A stretch of 63,999 nt of DNA, filler included, from Barthelona sp. PAP020 (taxonomy: Eukaryota), in assembly GCA_040182905.1 (NCBI GenBank). It is 23 parts of 23 records of this genome, joined end to end, with 100 filler letters (N's around TTAATTAATTAA, not from the genome) between each part and the next. Parts side by side here need not be neighbours in the genome. Positions count along the whole stretch, not along the records: positions 53,595 to 56,187 come from JARQWU010000810.1; positions 56,288 to 58,877 come from JARQWU010000811.1; positions 58,978 to 61,551 come from JARQWU010000812.1; positions 61,652 to 63,999 come from JARQWU010000842.1; 19 more parts are not named here. The stretch is one strand, 5' to 3'. Shown one piece after another: positions 54,217-63,999 of this stretch. Position numbers and translations under genes: made by a program. The stretch's first letter is position 1; every line of letters starts with the position of its first letter. Under the pieces are notes generated by a model, which ran no database searches, was not told where the DNA came from, and saw nothing but the letters and a program-made list of their open reading frames with translations.

Positions 54217-55083
54217 TTATTGGTTGGAAGAATTCTTTGAAAATTCTTCTTTTTCATCCAAACGATTCTTGATAACATCATACAAAGCTACAACTAAACG
54301 AGTCATAGAAGCGGACAATAAAGTTGAATATGATTCATTGGTTATTGAAGCCATTGACTCTTGAACTTCTGTATCATCATCTGCTGGTCTGGAAGAAAGA
54401 GCTTGTTGCAAAAGGCCTAATATTTCTGGATTCTTCTTTTCATCACTTTCCAAATAATTAACAATATCTACAAGATGTTCAACCAACGCTTCAGCAGCTC
54501 GAACTTTCATTCCCAAAGTTTTTTGTAAAGGATATTGACCAGTTCTTCTGACATCTCGCAACAAATGTTGAACTCCAATTTCTTCTGAAATGGACTCACG
54601 TTTTTCTGAAGGCAATGACAAAAATGTATCAACAGGTACATCACCAGGTTGTGGACTGCGTTTAACACAATGGAAACAACGGGCAGGAAAATCGGTTGTA
54701 CGAGAGATTTCAACCAAAACATATATAGGATGTGAACAATATTGCTTGATAAGATTATTAATAACATAATCATTGGGACTTAAACGAGTACCTGACGAAT
54801 ACCATCCAACAATTTCTTCTTTTCTAGAAACCTTTCTAAACATATCAAACATCGTTTTGACATAATCATGATCTAAATACCATATCGCATGATCTTGAGG
54901 ATCTTCTGAGAAAGGAACTGCGTAAGAATTGGACACATCAACAACACCATCGACAGAAACATTACCTAACAAAACACCAACAACTCTTTGTTCTTCTGAT
55001 TCTGCAACCCTATGAAAATGATCAACAATCGATAATAATACAACTGGATGAACTAATACTTTAGTTGGAGTGAAATCTTGCAT
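54217..55083 (-). CDS. PSMD7: 26S proteasome lid subunit Rpn8
   Basis: KV.VHPVVLLSIVDHF.R, RVVGVLLG, DVSNSYAVPF.ED, WYLDHDY...MF.MF.KV, IVGWYSSG. Confidence 0.93.
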   Translation of the reverse strand: MQDFTPTKVLVHPVVLLSIVDHFHRVAESEEQRVVGVLLGNVSVDGVVDVSNSYAVPFSEDPQDHAIWYLDHDYVKTMFDMFRKVSRKEEIVGWYSSGTRLSPNDYVINNLIKQYCSHPIYVLVEISRTTDFPARCFHCVKRSPQPGDVPVDTFLSLPSEKRESISEEIGVQHLLRDVRRTGQYPLQKTLGMKVRAAEALVEHLVDIVNYLESDEKKNPEILGLLQQALSSRPADDDTEVQESMASITNESYSTLLSASMTRLVVALYDVIKNRLDEKEEFSKNSSNQ

Positions 55084-55261
55084 GTAAAATAAAAATTAAC
55101 AGCGAGATCCACTGCTGAAACAAAAAATAGTTATTTCCTTTATTAAAGAATAAAATAATGCATTTCAAATCAATAATAAATCATTTCAATGTGATGTTGT
55201 TTTGATTTGAAAAATCAACAAAAAACTGTTGTCATTCCCAATTTTTTTTATTTTTGTTAAA

Positions 55262-55447
55262 ATGGCACCTAAACAAGAAAAGCTGCAAGTTTATGCCGGT
55301 GAAGAAACACCTGGCTTCAAAATGTATTGATCTTCATTTGTAATTTAATCTAACTTTTTTTGGTCTCCCAATACCGCAATGATTTATGCTGTTTCTTTGA
55401 TTGGATTTGTTTTAGTCCTTCATATTTTCGCCAAAATGAAACGATAA
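55262..55447 (+). CDS. SEC61B: Sec61 translocon beta subunit (48 aa); exons 55262-55323 + 55363-55447
   Basis: Spliced MAPKQEKLQVYAGEETPGFKM|SPNTAMIYAVSLIGFVLVLHIFAKMKR matches Y.EDSPGLK..P..VL..SL.FI..V..LHI.GK. Confidence 0.85.
55324..55362 (+). other. 39-nt intron with non-canonical TG acceptor (as assembled)
   Basis: GTATTG...CTAAC-TTTTTT-TG; contains in-frame TGA and TAA; no AG until ~55415. Confidence 0.65.
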
Positions 55448-55566
55448 TTTCATTTGGCTTCAATTTTTGCGACTTGTTTTATTTTTTTTTTTGAAGAGAA
55501 GAAAAAAAGAATTCTGTTTATCAACAATTACAAATAAACTCATTTATATATTCCTGTTTTTTATTT

Positions 55567-56156
55567 TTAGTCCAATTCTAACAAATATTCTTGAACTTCT
55601 GAGGGAGAAAGTATATGGAATTTTCTTGATTCATCAACAATAGCAACATGAACATTATCATTTGTTAAAGAACCATCATGGACATCTTTTAAAGCAGATA
55701 AAGCAGTTACAATAGCATCTGTAAGTTCCATTGAAGGAGAGTATCTTTTTTCCAAAAAATTAACAGCAACAGCTTCATTCTGTCCTAAAGCTGAAGCTTT
55801 CCAAGGCCAATATGCACCTGAAGGATCTACTTGGAAAAGTTGAGGTCCCGAATCATCAAATCCAGCAACAAATAAAGCAATACCAAAAGGACGAACACCA
55901 CCTTTTTGAGTAAATTCTTGCATTGTTTTTGCTAATTTTTGAGCCAACTGATTTACTGGAATTTCCTCTCCATAACGAAATTTATATTCAGCGGCTGCTT
56001 TTCTTCCAGATTTGACTAAAACATCAAAATCACACCAAGTACCAGAAAATGAAATCCCATTGGATTCACTAATTTGTGCAACATTCTTAATCGATTCAGG
56101 TTCAATTAAAAGGGTACCAATTTTTCTCTCTGAAGCAACAACAACACCATCAACAG
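55567..56156 (-). CDS. PSMA2: 20S proteasome alpha-2 subunit, last exon
   Basis: After acceptor ACTAAT-GAT-TAG: VDGVVVASERK...MQEFTQKGGVRPFGIAL, QVDPSGAYWPWKASALG, FLEKRY...MEL.DAI.TAL. Confidence 0.93.
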
Positions 56157-56324
56157 CTAATCATTAGTTTTACAAGTTAAAAATATTNNNNNNNNNNNNN
56201 NNNNNNNNNNNNNNNNNNNNNNNNNNNNNNNTTAATTAATTAANNNNNNNNNNNNNNNNNNNNNNNNNNNNNNNNNNNNNNNNNNNNCAATCATTTGGGA
56301 GAGAGGTGGAGGAAATGCTAAAAA

Positions 56325-56334
56325 GTTGTAACCC
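56325..56334 (+). other. Cassette left junction (R' box), GTTGTAACCC
   Basis: Exact reverse complement of GGGTTACAAC at 57124-57133, just after the stop of the same ORF. Confidence 0.75.
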
Positions 56335-56366
56335 ATTTTAAAAAGAAAAAAGACTCGAATAACAAA

Positions 56367-57107
56367 ATGAATGAATTTTATTCTATCAGTCCAGACAATG
56401 AAAAACCAATTGATGAATATCAACTGGAGAATTTAGGAAAACAGACAATTATGATGATTGTCGGAAAATACTCTCGACACAATTATTGGGGAGAGAGAGA
56501 AAGTCCCCAATCTCAAACTTATTATAGAGATACAAGGGATGAAGATTATGACGGACTTTTTGCAAATAAACTTTTGACTTGTCGCCCTCCTTATGATTTA
56601 GATAAAATTTTAGATTACCATTTAAACTACTACTCGACAGAGAAAAACGGAGAAAAGAAAAGGTTTATTAACCAAATCAAGTTTGTAATCCTCCCAATCA
56701 TAAAAAAACGGAAAGACACAGAAGTATATATTGACTTAATAAATGACTGGATAGAAGAAAACGACATGGATAATAAAAAAGAAAAAAGTTTAAATGTAAA
56801 TATTGGAGACATAAATGCACCTACACAATTTCAGATGAATTCTGATTACTCGACTCAATCGCAGCAAATAAACTACAACAGTGAAGATGTAAAAAAATTG
56901 TTTGAGTTGATTGAAATGGATTTAGAGAAGTTAAGAGTTGAAATGAAAGACGATTTAAAATTAGAAATTGAGAATGCTAGAAAGCAATTAGATAAAGGGA
57001 AAAATATCAAATCAAGACTTTTGACTATTGGAATGATAATAAAGGACATTGGTATTGGATTATTTACCAATCTTATATCTTCTCCGCTTACAAAATTATT
57101 AGAGTGA
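56367..57107 (+). CDS. Cassette-borne hypothetical protein (246 aa)
   Basis: Fills the space between the two recombination boxes; N/Q/S-rich linker (VNIGDINAPTQFQMNSDYSTQSQQ) followed by a helical C-terminal bundle. Confidence 0.8.
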   Translation: MNEFYSISPDNEKPIDEYQLENLGKQTIMMIVGKYSRHNYWGERESPQSQTYYRDTRDEDYDGLFANKLLTCRPPYDLDKILDYHLNYYSTEKNGEKKRFINQIKFVILPIIKKRKDTEVYIDLINDWIEENDMDNKKEKSLNVNIGDINAPTQFQMNSDYSTQSQQINYNSEDVKKLFELIEMDLEKLRVEMKDDLKLEIENARKQLDKGKNIKSRLLTIGMIIKDIGIGLFTNLISSPLTKLLE

Positions 57108-57123
57108 CAATTAATGAAAAAAC

Positions 57124-57259
57124 GGGTTACAACAAATTGTAAATTGCATTGCGGGGTCTGTGCGGTGTCGTTCGCTGGATTCTCGCAACATCGTTCCGTC
57201 CTGCCGGACAGGAACGAGCTCCGAAATCGGGAATAACAACTTGCAAGTGACCGTTAGCT
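57124..57259 (+). other. attC-like recombination site (~135 bp)
   Basis: R'' ..TACAAC, L'' TTGTAAATTG, internal hairpin TCGTTCC-GTCC-TGCC-GGAC-A-GGAACGA, L' CAACTTGCAA, R' GTTAGCT (57253-57259). Confidence 0.7.
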
Positions 57260-57286
57260 GTTATTATGAACTAAACCACTACTCAC

Positions 57287-58877
57287 ATGGAAAATGACGA
57301 ACTTAAAAACTTTAAACTCACAGTTTATTTACTAAAAGAATCAGTAGTAAAATTTAGAGATGCGATAAGTGATAAAGCCATTTACACTGTTTATGACATT
57401 AAGGATGAAATAAAGGCTGATGGAAATGTTATAATTGGTCAAACAAAAGAGAATGAACCGAAATGGAAATTCTTTATTCAAGAAGGGATTAAAGAAAATC
57501 TTCCTAATCTTTACAACAGTTCAAACCGCGCAGTAATTTTTTACAAAATTGATAAACGATATTTTGCAATTCCATTTGGATACGGGAAACATTTACTAAA
57601 AGATGAATGTATAGACAGAGAATTTGGACTTAAAACAGCTTTAAACATTATAAATGCAGACAAATTGCTTAGTGTAGATAAAGCTAATATTGGAGATTTA
57701 TCTGTTCTTACAAAAACACAAGCTTCCAAAAAAGGCTCGCCAGACTATTTCAATATTGATATAATTAAAGATTTAATTCGTAGTATTACAGGAGAACCTG
57801 AATTAAAATTATCTGGAGAGTTTGGAAATGTCATTACAGGTAATGAAGGTATATATATTTCTCCCAAAACAAACTTTGCAAAAGTTCCTGAAATCCTTGG
57901 CAAACTAAAGAAGGAATATCATAAAACAACATACAAACAAAGATTTGATTGGATAGACAATATAAAAGTGGAGCGTGACCCAGCAATTATTGATGCTCTC
58001 AATACAATTTTAATTAGCGAACTCATAAAAAAGAATTCAACTGCAATTCATTTGGCTCCACCATTTATTCTTAATTGGGAAAATTTTATTGGTATTGGGT
58101 TCACTCCTCAAGGAGAATATTTTTACGAATTTGATATTAATAATTTTTACAACGTAAAAAATTCATCTTTATCTGACTTAGATTGGGATAAATTGATAAG
58201 ACAGAAATTGTATCTTAAAGAAAGTAATAATGAAGATATAATCCCTTTCCCTCTCTGGCGGTTTTTAAACTTTGAAACTGAGTACAACGGCAAAAATTAT
58301 GTTTTCACGTTGTCGAATTGGTATAAAATAGATAGCGATTATTATAAATCCATATATCACTATTGCAGCCAAATTGGAGAGTCTGAGATAAATTTTCTAA
58401 CATGCAATGAAAATGAAAACGAAGGAGAATATAATGAACGGATGGCAAATTCTAGTCCTAATTTTATATCTCTAGACAAAAAACTAATACGGTCAAATAT
58501 TTCCCGTTCAGAAATTGAAGCTTGTGATATTTTTACCAAATCCAAAGAATTGATTCATGTCAAATTCAGAGAGAGCTCATCAACATTAAGTCATTTATTT
58601 GCCCAGGGAAGAATATCCTGTAATTCACTTAGAAGAGATAAAATTTTCAGAAAGAATTTAAGAGCTAAAATAAAAACACTCGGTTTTAAAAATAGTCTTA
58701 TACCTTTAGAAGATAAAGACTTTAATTCCAACGAATACACAATAACTTATGCCATAATTGAGAAGAAAGACAGGAGTTTTGTTGACGCTTTACCATTTTT
58801 TAGTCTAATAAATTTTAGACTTACTGCCGAGGAATTAATGGTTATGGGATTTCAAATAAAAGTGAAAAAAATTATGA
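57287..58877 (+). CDS. TIGR04141/DUF6119 family sporadically distributed protein (nearly complete)
   Basis: LTVYLLK, FAI.FGYG.HLL, FGLK.ALN, F.WID.I, WYKID, EGEYN, IEACDIF...LIHVK....S.TLSHLFAQG, LPFFS.I. Confidence 0.85.
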
Positions 58878-59281
58878 NNNNNNNNNNNNNNNNNNNNNNN
58901 NNNNNNNNNNNNNNNNNNNNNTTAATTAATTAANNNNNNNNNNNNNNNNNNNNNNNNNNNNNNNNNNNNNNNNNNNNCAAAAAATTGAAGAAAAAACACA
59001 AAGAACACACCGAAGATAAAACCAAGCACAACAAACGAAAAAAGAAACGGACAAAATAAATTGCATTCAGCTTTTCATTGTTTCATTTGGAAATGTTGAA
59101 TAATTTTCTTTTTATGAATTATATTTGAAAAAATAACAACCTGAATGGTCAAAATTTTAAAGATTTCGACAATGTGAAATGATGTTTTGCGAACTTTTTA
59201 TGTTGAGTTAGTAATTGTCCAAAAATAAAACAAAAACCTTCTTCCCATAGATATGAGTTAATTAAACATTCTAAAAATCAT

Positions 59282-59926
59282 ATGAGAACCCCAATTACCC
59301 TTCAATCAACTTCATTGAGAAGAGTATCGATATTATCAAAATTGTACAAATCTCTCACTTGCTCCTCTTTAGTTACACATATTTTTGTCTTAGTTTTGAT
59401 AATATGCTCCTGTATAATACATTATAGTATAGCAATTATTCCTTTCTTCATTAGTTCCGTTGTTTCTTTGACAACCCAGCTCTTTTTTCTATGGTCAGCC
59501 CAAAATTTATTAATACTGACAGATGTCATGATTTCCATTTACGGGTGTTATTTTGTTGTTTATCATATCAGCATTTTAGTGCTGATTTCACCCATATCTC
59601 CAGTAATTTACGATGTTGAATTAAAAAAACAGGCGATTTTGGTTATTTTATACGGGTTAGCATTGACTATTCAACTGATTTCAACTTATTTAATCTTTAT
59701 TTTAATGGATTTTATTGAATGTTTGAAGCATCATGAAATACCATCATACCTTTTTGGTCTGTATTCTCATGAAAGATCAAAAAAGAAGATTCCTGATACT
59801 CTGGTTGTTGGGCCCAGTTTTGTTGGAGCAGCCTGTAGAGTTGACAATTTGAATGAAGCAATTAGTCCATTAGAGATTAATATTGATCAAGAAGTCCCAG
59901 TAGACTCAGCTTCTGGGATTTCTTGA
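59282..59926 (+). CDS. Four-TM membrane protein, unknown
   Basis: 214-aa ORF with four hydrophobic segments. Confidence 0.7.
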   Translation: MRTPITLQSTSLRRVSILSKLYKSLTCSSLVTHIFVLVLIICSCIIHYSIAIIPFFISSVVSLTTQLFFLWSAQNLLILTDVMISIYGCYFVVYHISILVLISPISPVIYDVELKKQAILVILYGLALTIQLISTYLIFILMDFIECLKHHEIPSYLFGLYSHERSKKKIPDTLVVGPSFVGAACRVDNLNEAISPLEINIDQEVPVDSASGIS

Positions 59927-60318
59927 GAGAAAGAAGTGTAAAATTTTGCTGAGCAATTTATTCAATTTAAAGAATTTTGCAACAACGAAAAGTAAACATT
60001 TTAAATTCCATTTGTTTGATTAGTTTCTCAGAATTTTTTTTATAAACAAAGAAGAATTTTGTAAATACACTTTCTGCAACATTTTCTCAAATTTTATTCA
60101 TAAAAAATGAAATTTCAATAAAAGAAAACACAATAATTTTGACAGAAAAAGATAATTATCATAAAAAAAATGAGAATTTTATTGGTTTTCAAGTTATTTT
60201 TAATTATCAGCCCATCAATCAGTTTGAATTAATGATTTAAAAAAAAAAATAATATAAACAAACTTTGACGGAGAATGATTCACATTTGACTTCTTTTTGA
60301 TGACCTAAAAAATCATTG

Positions 60319-61020
60319 ATGTTTTTTTGTGATTTTTCGACATTTCTAAACACTACTGGAATTGTTTTTGGATCTATTTCGACGGTAATTTGGCTTATTT
60401 GTCAACTTCCACAGATTTATTTAAATTTTAAGAATAAATCCTCCGATGGGTTATCTCCATTTATGTTGCTTTTCTGGACGATTGCAGATTCATGCTCTTT
60501 TTTCAGTTTGCTCCTGAATGGAGGAATTGTTACACAATTCATTTTGATTGTATATTGGTTGATGCTAGATTTTATCTTAGACTTTCAATATTTTATTTTT
60601 GGGAATGATAATACCAAAAAATTTGATGAAAAGTCAGGTTACACGCGTATTGAAAATACTTTTTGGGCAGCAATTGTTCTTTTTGTTGTTTCTTTGTTTT
60701 CTACCATTTCTTCTTTTATAGAAACACATAAATTAGAAGTTGGCCTTCTTTTGGCTTATTTCTCTTCTTTGTGTTATGCGTTTTCTCGAATTTCTCAAAT
60801 AGTAAAGAATTTTCGTGGAAAATCTGTGGAAGGCATTGAAATTAAAATGTTCATATTGGCATTTTTTGGTAACTTAACATATGGATTAAGTCTAGTCGTC
60901 CATGTTTGGACAAAAGATTATATTTTGAAACAAATTCCCTGGTTAATTGGATCTTGGGGTGTAATGGTCCTGGATTTTATTATTTTTTTACAATACAGAC
61001 ATTATTCTGTATCAAATTAG
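60319..61020 (+). CDS. PQ-loop lysosomal amino-acid transporter (PQLC2/Ypq-like)
   Basis: W...QLPQIYLNFKNKSSDGLS; second loop SRISQIVKNFRGKSVEG; GNLTYGLS; PWLIGS.G...LDF.IFLQ. Confidence 0.9.
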   Translation: MFFCDFSTFLNTTGIVFGSISTVIWLICQLPQIYLNFKNKSSDGLSPFMLLFWTIADSCSFFSLLLNGGIVTQFILIVYWLMLDFILDFQYFIFGNDNTKKFDEKSGYTRIENTFWAAIVLFVVSLFSTISSFIETHKLEVGLLLAYFSSLCYAFSRISQIVKNFRGKSVEGIEIKMFILAFFGNLTYGLSLVVHVWTKDYILKQIPWLIGSWGVMVLDFIIFLQYRHYSVSN

Positions 61021-61651
61021 ATTTTTTTTTTGACATTTCTCGTTTTAAAGATTTTGTTTAGTTTCTTTATAGATAAACTGTTTTTGGGCATTTCATCACA
61101 ATTTTTTTTTTTTTTTGTAAATTTGACCCCATTTAACAAATATCAGAAACATTGAAACCTAGTGTCCTTTGAGTATAGGTTGTATTGTGAGGGCATCAAA
61201 GTAATCTTACAAATGTATTTTATCCCTTTATATTTGAAAAGTATTGATCTTGTCTGATCTGACCGAAATTATTGATTGATATCTTTCTTGTTTTCATTCT
61301 CTTCCTAAGATACCGTACAAATTTTCAGAATAATTTTGTTGATGTTTATAATTTGGTGTTAAATAGATGATATAAAATCTTTTAAAGCCTTTGCTGAGCC
61401 TGATGTTGAAAAGAGCATTTCAAAGGTAATATTATTTCTATTTTGTCCCTACAGCATTATGCATAGAGATTTTACAGGTTTTACACATTTTTTCTGCAAA
61501 TATTCGAAAAAAAAAAAAAAAAAACCAAAAAAAAGCAAAACAATGCAAAAANNNNNNNNNNNNNNNNNNNNNNNNNNNNNNNNNNNNNNNNNNNNTTAAT
61601 TAATTAANNNNNNNNNNNNNNNNNNNNNNNNNNNNNNNNNNNNNNNNNNNN

Positions 61652-61827
61652 CTTTCATTTGCACGACTACGCATCAATACATTGTATAAATTATTGTACT
61701 CCTTTCTAATATGTTCATGAGTTTTGTCATTCTCTAATGTTTGAATAAACTCTACAAATCTTCTTTCTAAATCCTTAAATTCTTCATCATCATCTAATGT
61801 TGATGGTTTTTGTGGATTATCGGTCAT
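61652..61827 (-). CDS. CFAP58: CFAP58 N-terminus (joins 48177)
   Basis: 61652-61752 is the exact reverse complement of 48177-48277; adds MTDNPQKPSTLDDDEEFKDLERRFV. Confidence 0.9.
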
Positions 61828-61916
61828 TGCAAATATAGAAAAAAAATTCAAAAACTTGCATTCATCTTAAAACCATCCATTTTTTTTCTCATCAATTGTT
61901 TTTATTTTCAGAGAAA

Positions 61917-63677
61917 ATGAAATTAAACTTGACAATTAATGATTTTATTGTGATAGAACACATTGGATCTGGGTCCTATGGGACAGTGAATTTAGTTAAA
62001 AAGAAAGATCCTTATACTGAGGAGTATTATGCTTTAAAAGCAATAAAAAAAGCAAATTTATCAAATGCAAATATCACTAGGATAAAGAATGAACGTGATA
62101 TTTTGTCAAAACATAAATCAAGGTGGCTTGTAAAACTTAATTATGCGTTTCAAACAACAGAATACTTATATATGGCCATGGATTTTATGCCTGGTGGAAA
62201 TGTTGGTTCATTGTTAAATTTATTTGGGTGTTTTCCTGAACAAGTTGCAAAAACGTATTTTGCTGAAATGCTAGTTGCAGTACATGATCTTCATAAATTA
62301 AATTATTTGCATAGGGATCTTAAACCGGAAAATTTTCTAATTGACAAGAATGGCCATTTGAAGTTAGCTGATTTTGGGCTTGCTGCTGATATTAGGGACC
62401 ATATTCCAGCTACACCGAATCTCGATGATTCATTACGTAACTATCTTGCCTTTAGTATAGTAGGTACTCCTTTCTATATGGCTCCTGAAATGTTGCAGAG
62501 GCAAGGTTATCGTACTTCTTGTGATATATGGTCTCTTGGCTGTATATTGTTTGAAATGGTTACGGGAGTTCCTCCATTTGGTGGTAACACTGTCAATGAG
62601 ATAATAAAAAATGTGAAAGCTGCACATTTATCTCGACCAGAGGATATTAGTGATACATGTTGGTCTTTGATATCTGAAATGCTTCATCCAAATCCCTTTT
62701 TACGATTAGGTTTGCTTGATGGAACTGAGGGCATCATGAAGCATCCATTTTTCAAGGATATTGACTTTTCTAACTTGGATTTTGACCCTCCTTTTGTGCC
62801 ACAGCTAGATTCACCCACAGATTTGTTTTATTTTAAACAAAAAAAAGCAGATATGAAGCGTATTGCCTCTATTGAATTGCGAAACGCTATTGAAATGGAT
62901 GTAATTGATAGGTACAGTGTGGCTTTGACTCCACATAGAAACGGCCTTCATTTAAGAAGTTTATCGTTTTCTTCTAAGAGTTTAGATGCCATTTCTGAGG
63001 ATTCAACAGAAGAAATTGATTTTGAATCTGCCTTTGATTCAATTTCTAAATTTAAACAAACCCCTGAACAGTCATTTCTTCCAGATACAAATAAAATGGC
63101 ACAATTCACATTTGTACCTCCACACAATGGTACTCCGAACATTAATTTAAATAATGATCTTCCTGAAGTTGAAATTATCAGACCCACTCGTATTTTTGAT
63201 GTCGTTAGTACACCTAATGCATCTTCGCCGATTCTATCCCCCAAATCTATTCAAAACATTGAAAAAGGTCTTTCCGAAAAGTTGTCATCTCATGCTTTGC
63301 TTTCGGAAGAGTTGACACCACCAGATGTACTAACCATTTCATCAGAGTCTGTTTCAGCAGATGAAGATGACATGCTAACAACACCATTGCCAATTAATAT
63401 TGATGAAGATTTCAATGACCTGTTTAATGATGGCGTACAAATAGAAGAATCACCTGAATCTTACAAAAGAAACGGAATGACCATTTATTCATTTGATGAA
63501 AAAAGACCATTACCATTATTGTCACCAGAATATGAACGTACTATACGAAGAAGTTCATTACCTTCAGCTGATAGTGTTAAAAAATTTCATAAAACACCAA
63601 GTCGATTTAGGTCTAATAGTATTCCTGATGTTTCCGAATTGTGGGCTCAATTTGCTTTTGAAAAGCATGATGATTAG
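61917..63677 (+). CDS. AGC-group Ser/Thr kinase (NDR/Dbf2-like)
   Basis: IGSGSYG.V, ERDIL.....WLVKL.YAFQ...YLYMAMDFMPGG, HRDLKPENFLID, DFG, AFSIVGTP.YMAPE, PPFVPQL.SPTD..YF. Confidence 0.92.
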   Translation: MKLNLTINDFIVIEHIGSGSYGTVNLVKKKDPYTEEYYALKAIKKANLSNANITRIKNERDILSKHKSRWLVKLNYAFQTTEYLYMAMDFMPGGNVGSLLNLFGCFPEQVAKTYFAEMLVAVHDLHKLNYLHRDLKPENFLIDKNGHLKLADFGLAADIRDHIPATPNLDDSLRNYLAFSIVGTPFYMAPEMLQRQGYRTSCDIWSLGCILFEMVTGVPPFGGNTVNEIIKNVKAAHLSRPEDISDTCWSLISEMLHPNPFLRLGLLDGTEGIMKHPFFKDIDFSNLDFDPPFVPQLDSPTDLFYFKQKKADMKRIASIELRNAIEMDVIDRYSVALTPHRNGLHLRSLSFSSKSLDAISEDSTEEIDFESAFDSISKFKQTPEQSFLPDTNKMAQFTFVPPHNGTPNINLNNDLPEVEIIRPTRIFDVVSTPNASSPILSPKSIQNIEKGLSEKLSSHALLSEELTPPDVLTISSESVSADEDDMLTTPLPINIDEDFNDLFNDGVQIEESPESYKRNGMTIYSFDEKRPLPLLSPEYERTIRRSSLPSADSVKKFHKTPSRFRSNSIPDVSELWAQFAFEKHDD

Positions 63678-63900
63678 ATGTATTTTTTGATATTAGGCTG
63701 TTATTGATATTTATTTGTTTGTTTTTATGTTTATAGTCAATTGTTTCTTTATTGTATTTAATAAATTCGTAGTCTTTGTTTTTTTTTATTTTGATTTGAA
63801 CTTGTTTGATGTCTTTTAATTTTATTGTTCTCAACTTTCATTAGAATTTTGATGAAGAATCACTCGTATTCAGGGTTCGTTTTTCGAAAGAAAAAATGAA

Positions 63901-63972
63901 GTCGCCGTAGTTTAGCGGTATAATACTCGCTTAGGGTGCGAGAGGTCCCGGGTTCGATTCCCGGCGGCGACC
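63901..63972 (+). tRNA. tRNA-Pro(AGG)
   Basis: Acceptor GTCGCCG/CGGCGAC, anticodon arm CTCGC-TTAGGGT-GCGAG, T arm CCGGG-TTCGATT-CCCGG, C73, downstream T5 Pol III terminator; the A34 anticodon is eukaryote-type. Confidence 0.95.
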
Positions 63973-63999
63973 ATTTTTGAATGAAACGGCAAATCCTGA

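Larger units (their letters stand above)
56288..58877 (+). mobile_element. Bacterial contig: fragment of an integron-type gene cassette array (Bacteroidota-like)
   Basis: Two co-oriented, intronless, bacterial-type ORFs separated by a GC-rich imperfect palindrome with AAC...GTT ends; no Shine-Dalgarno, A-rich leaders. No integrase on this contig. Confidence 0.75.

Noticed and set aside
61110..61490. Coding-like minus-strand stretch
   Set aside because: Multiple stops in each frame examined and no recognisable family.

Overview
This window is not one locus. It holds 23 short contigs (about 2.3-2.8 kb, in descending length order) joined by artificial 100-nt spacers (N44-TTAATTAATTAA-N44), so adjacency across spacers is meaningless. 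22 contigs come from an AT-rich, gene-dense, flagellated microbial eukaryote that uses all three stop codons. They carry MCM7, proteasome Rpt2/Rpn8/alpha2, GlnRS, RPS18, NDC80, PCF11, GNL3, RPF1, Hsp70, axonemal genes (CFAP58, DRC4, DRC8, probable RIB72), eEFSec, two tRNAs and 38-40 nt GTAT...CTAAC...AG introns. One contig (56288-58877) is bacterial (Bacteroidota-like) and has an integron-type cassette organisation carrying a TIGR04141/DUF6119 gene. Main points of interest: (1) a tRNA-Trp(CCA) with the 4-bp anticodon stem linked to UGA read-through, in a genome that also encodes eEFSec and still stops on UGA; (2) a repeated element whose long copy carries an orphan 176-aa ORF and an apparently structured ~250-nt antisense RNA; (3) an obligatory Sec61beta intron with no AG acceptor (apparent GT-TG); (4) bacterial-type domains (DUF2589; CPCC with a CaaX box) among eukaryotic genes; (5) a modular, DARPin-like ankyrin family sitting among several dispersed repeat families. 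All family assignments come from motif recognition by eye, not from database searches.
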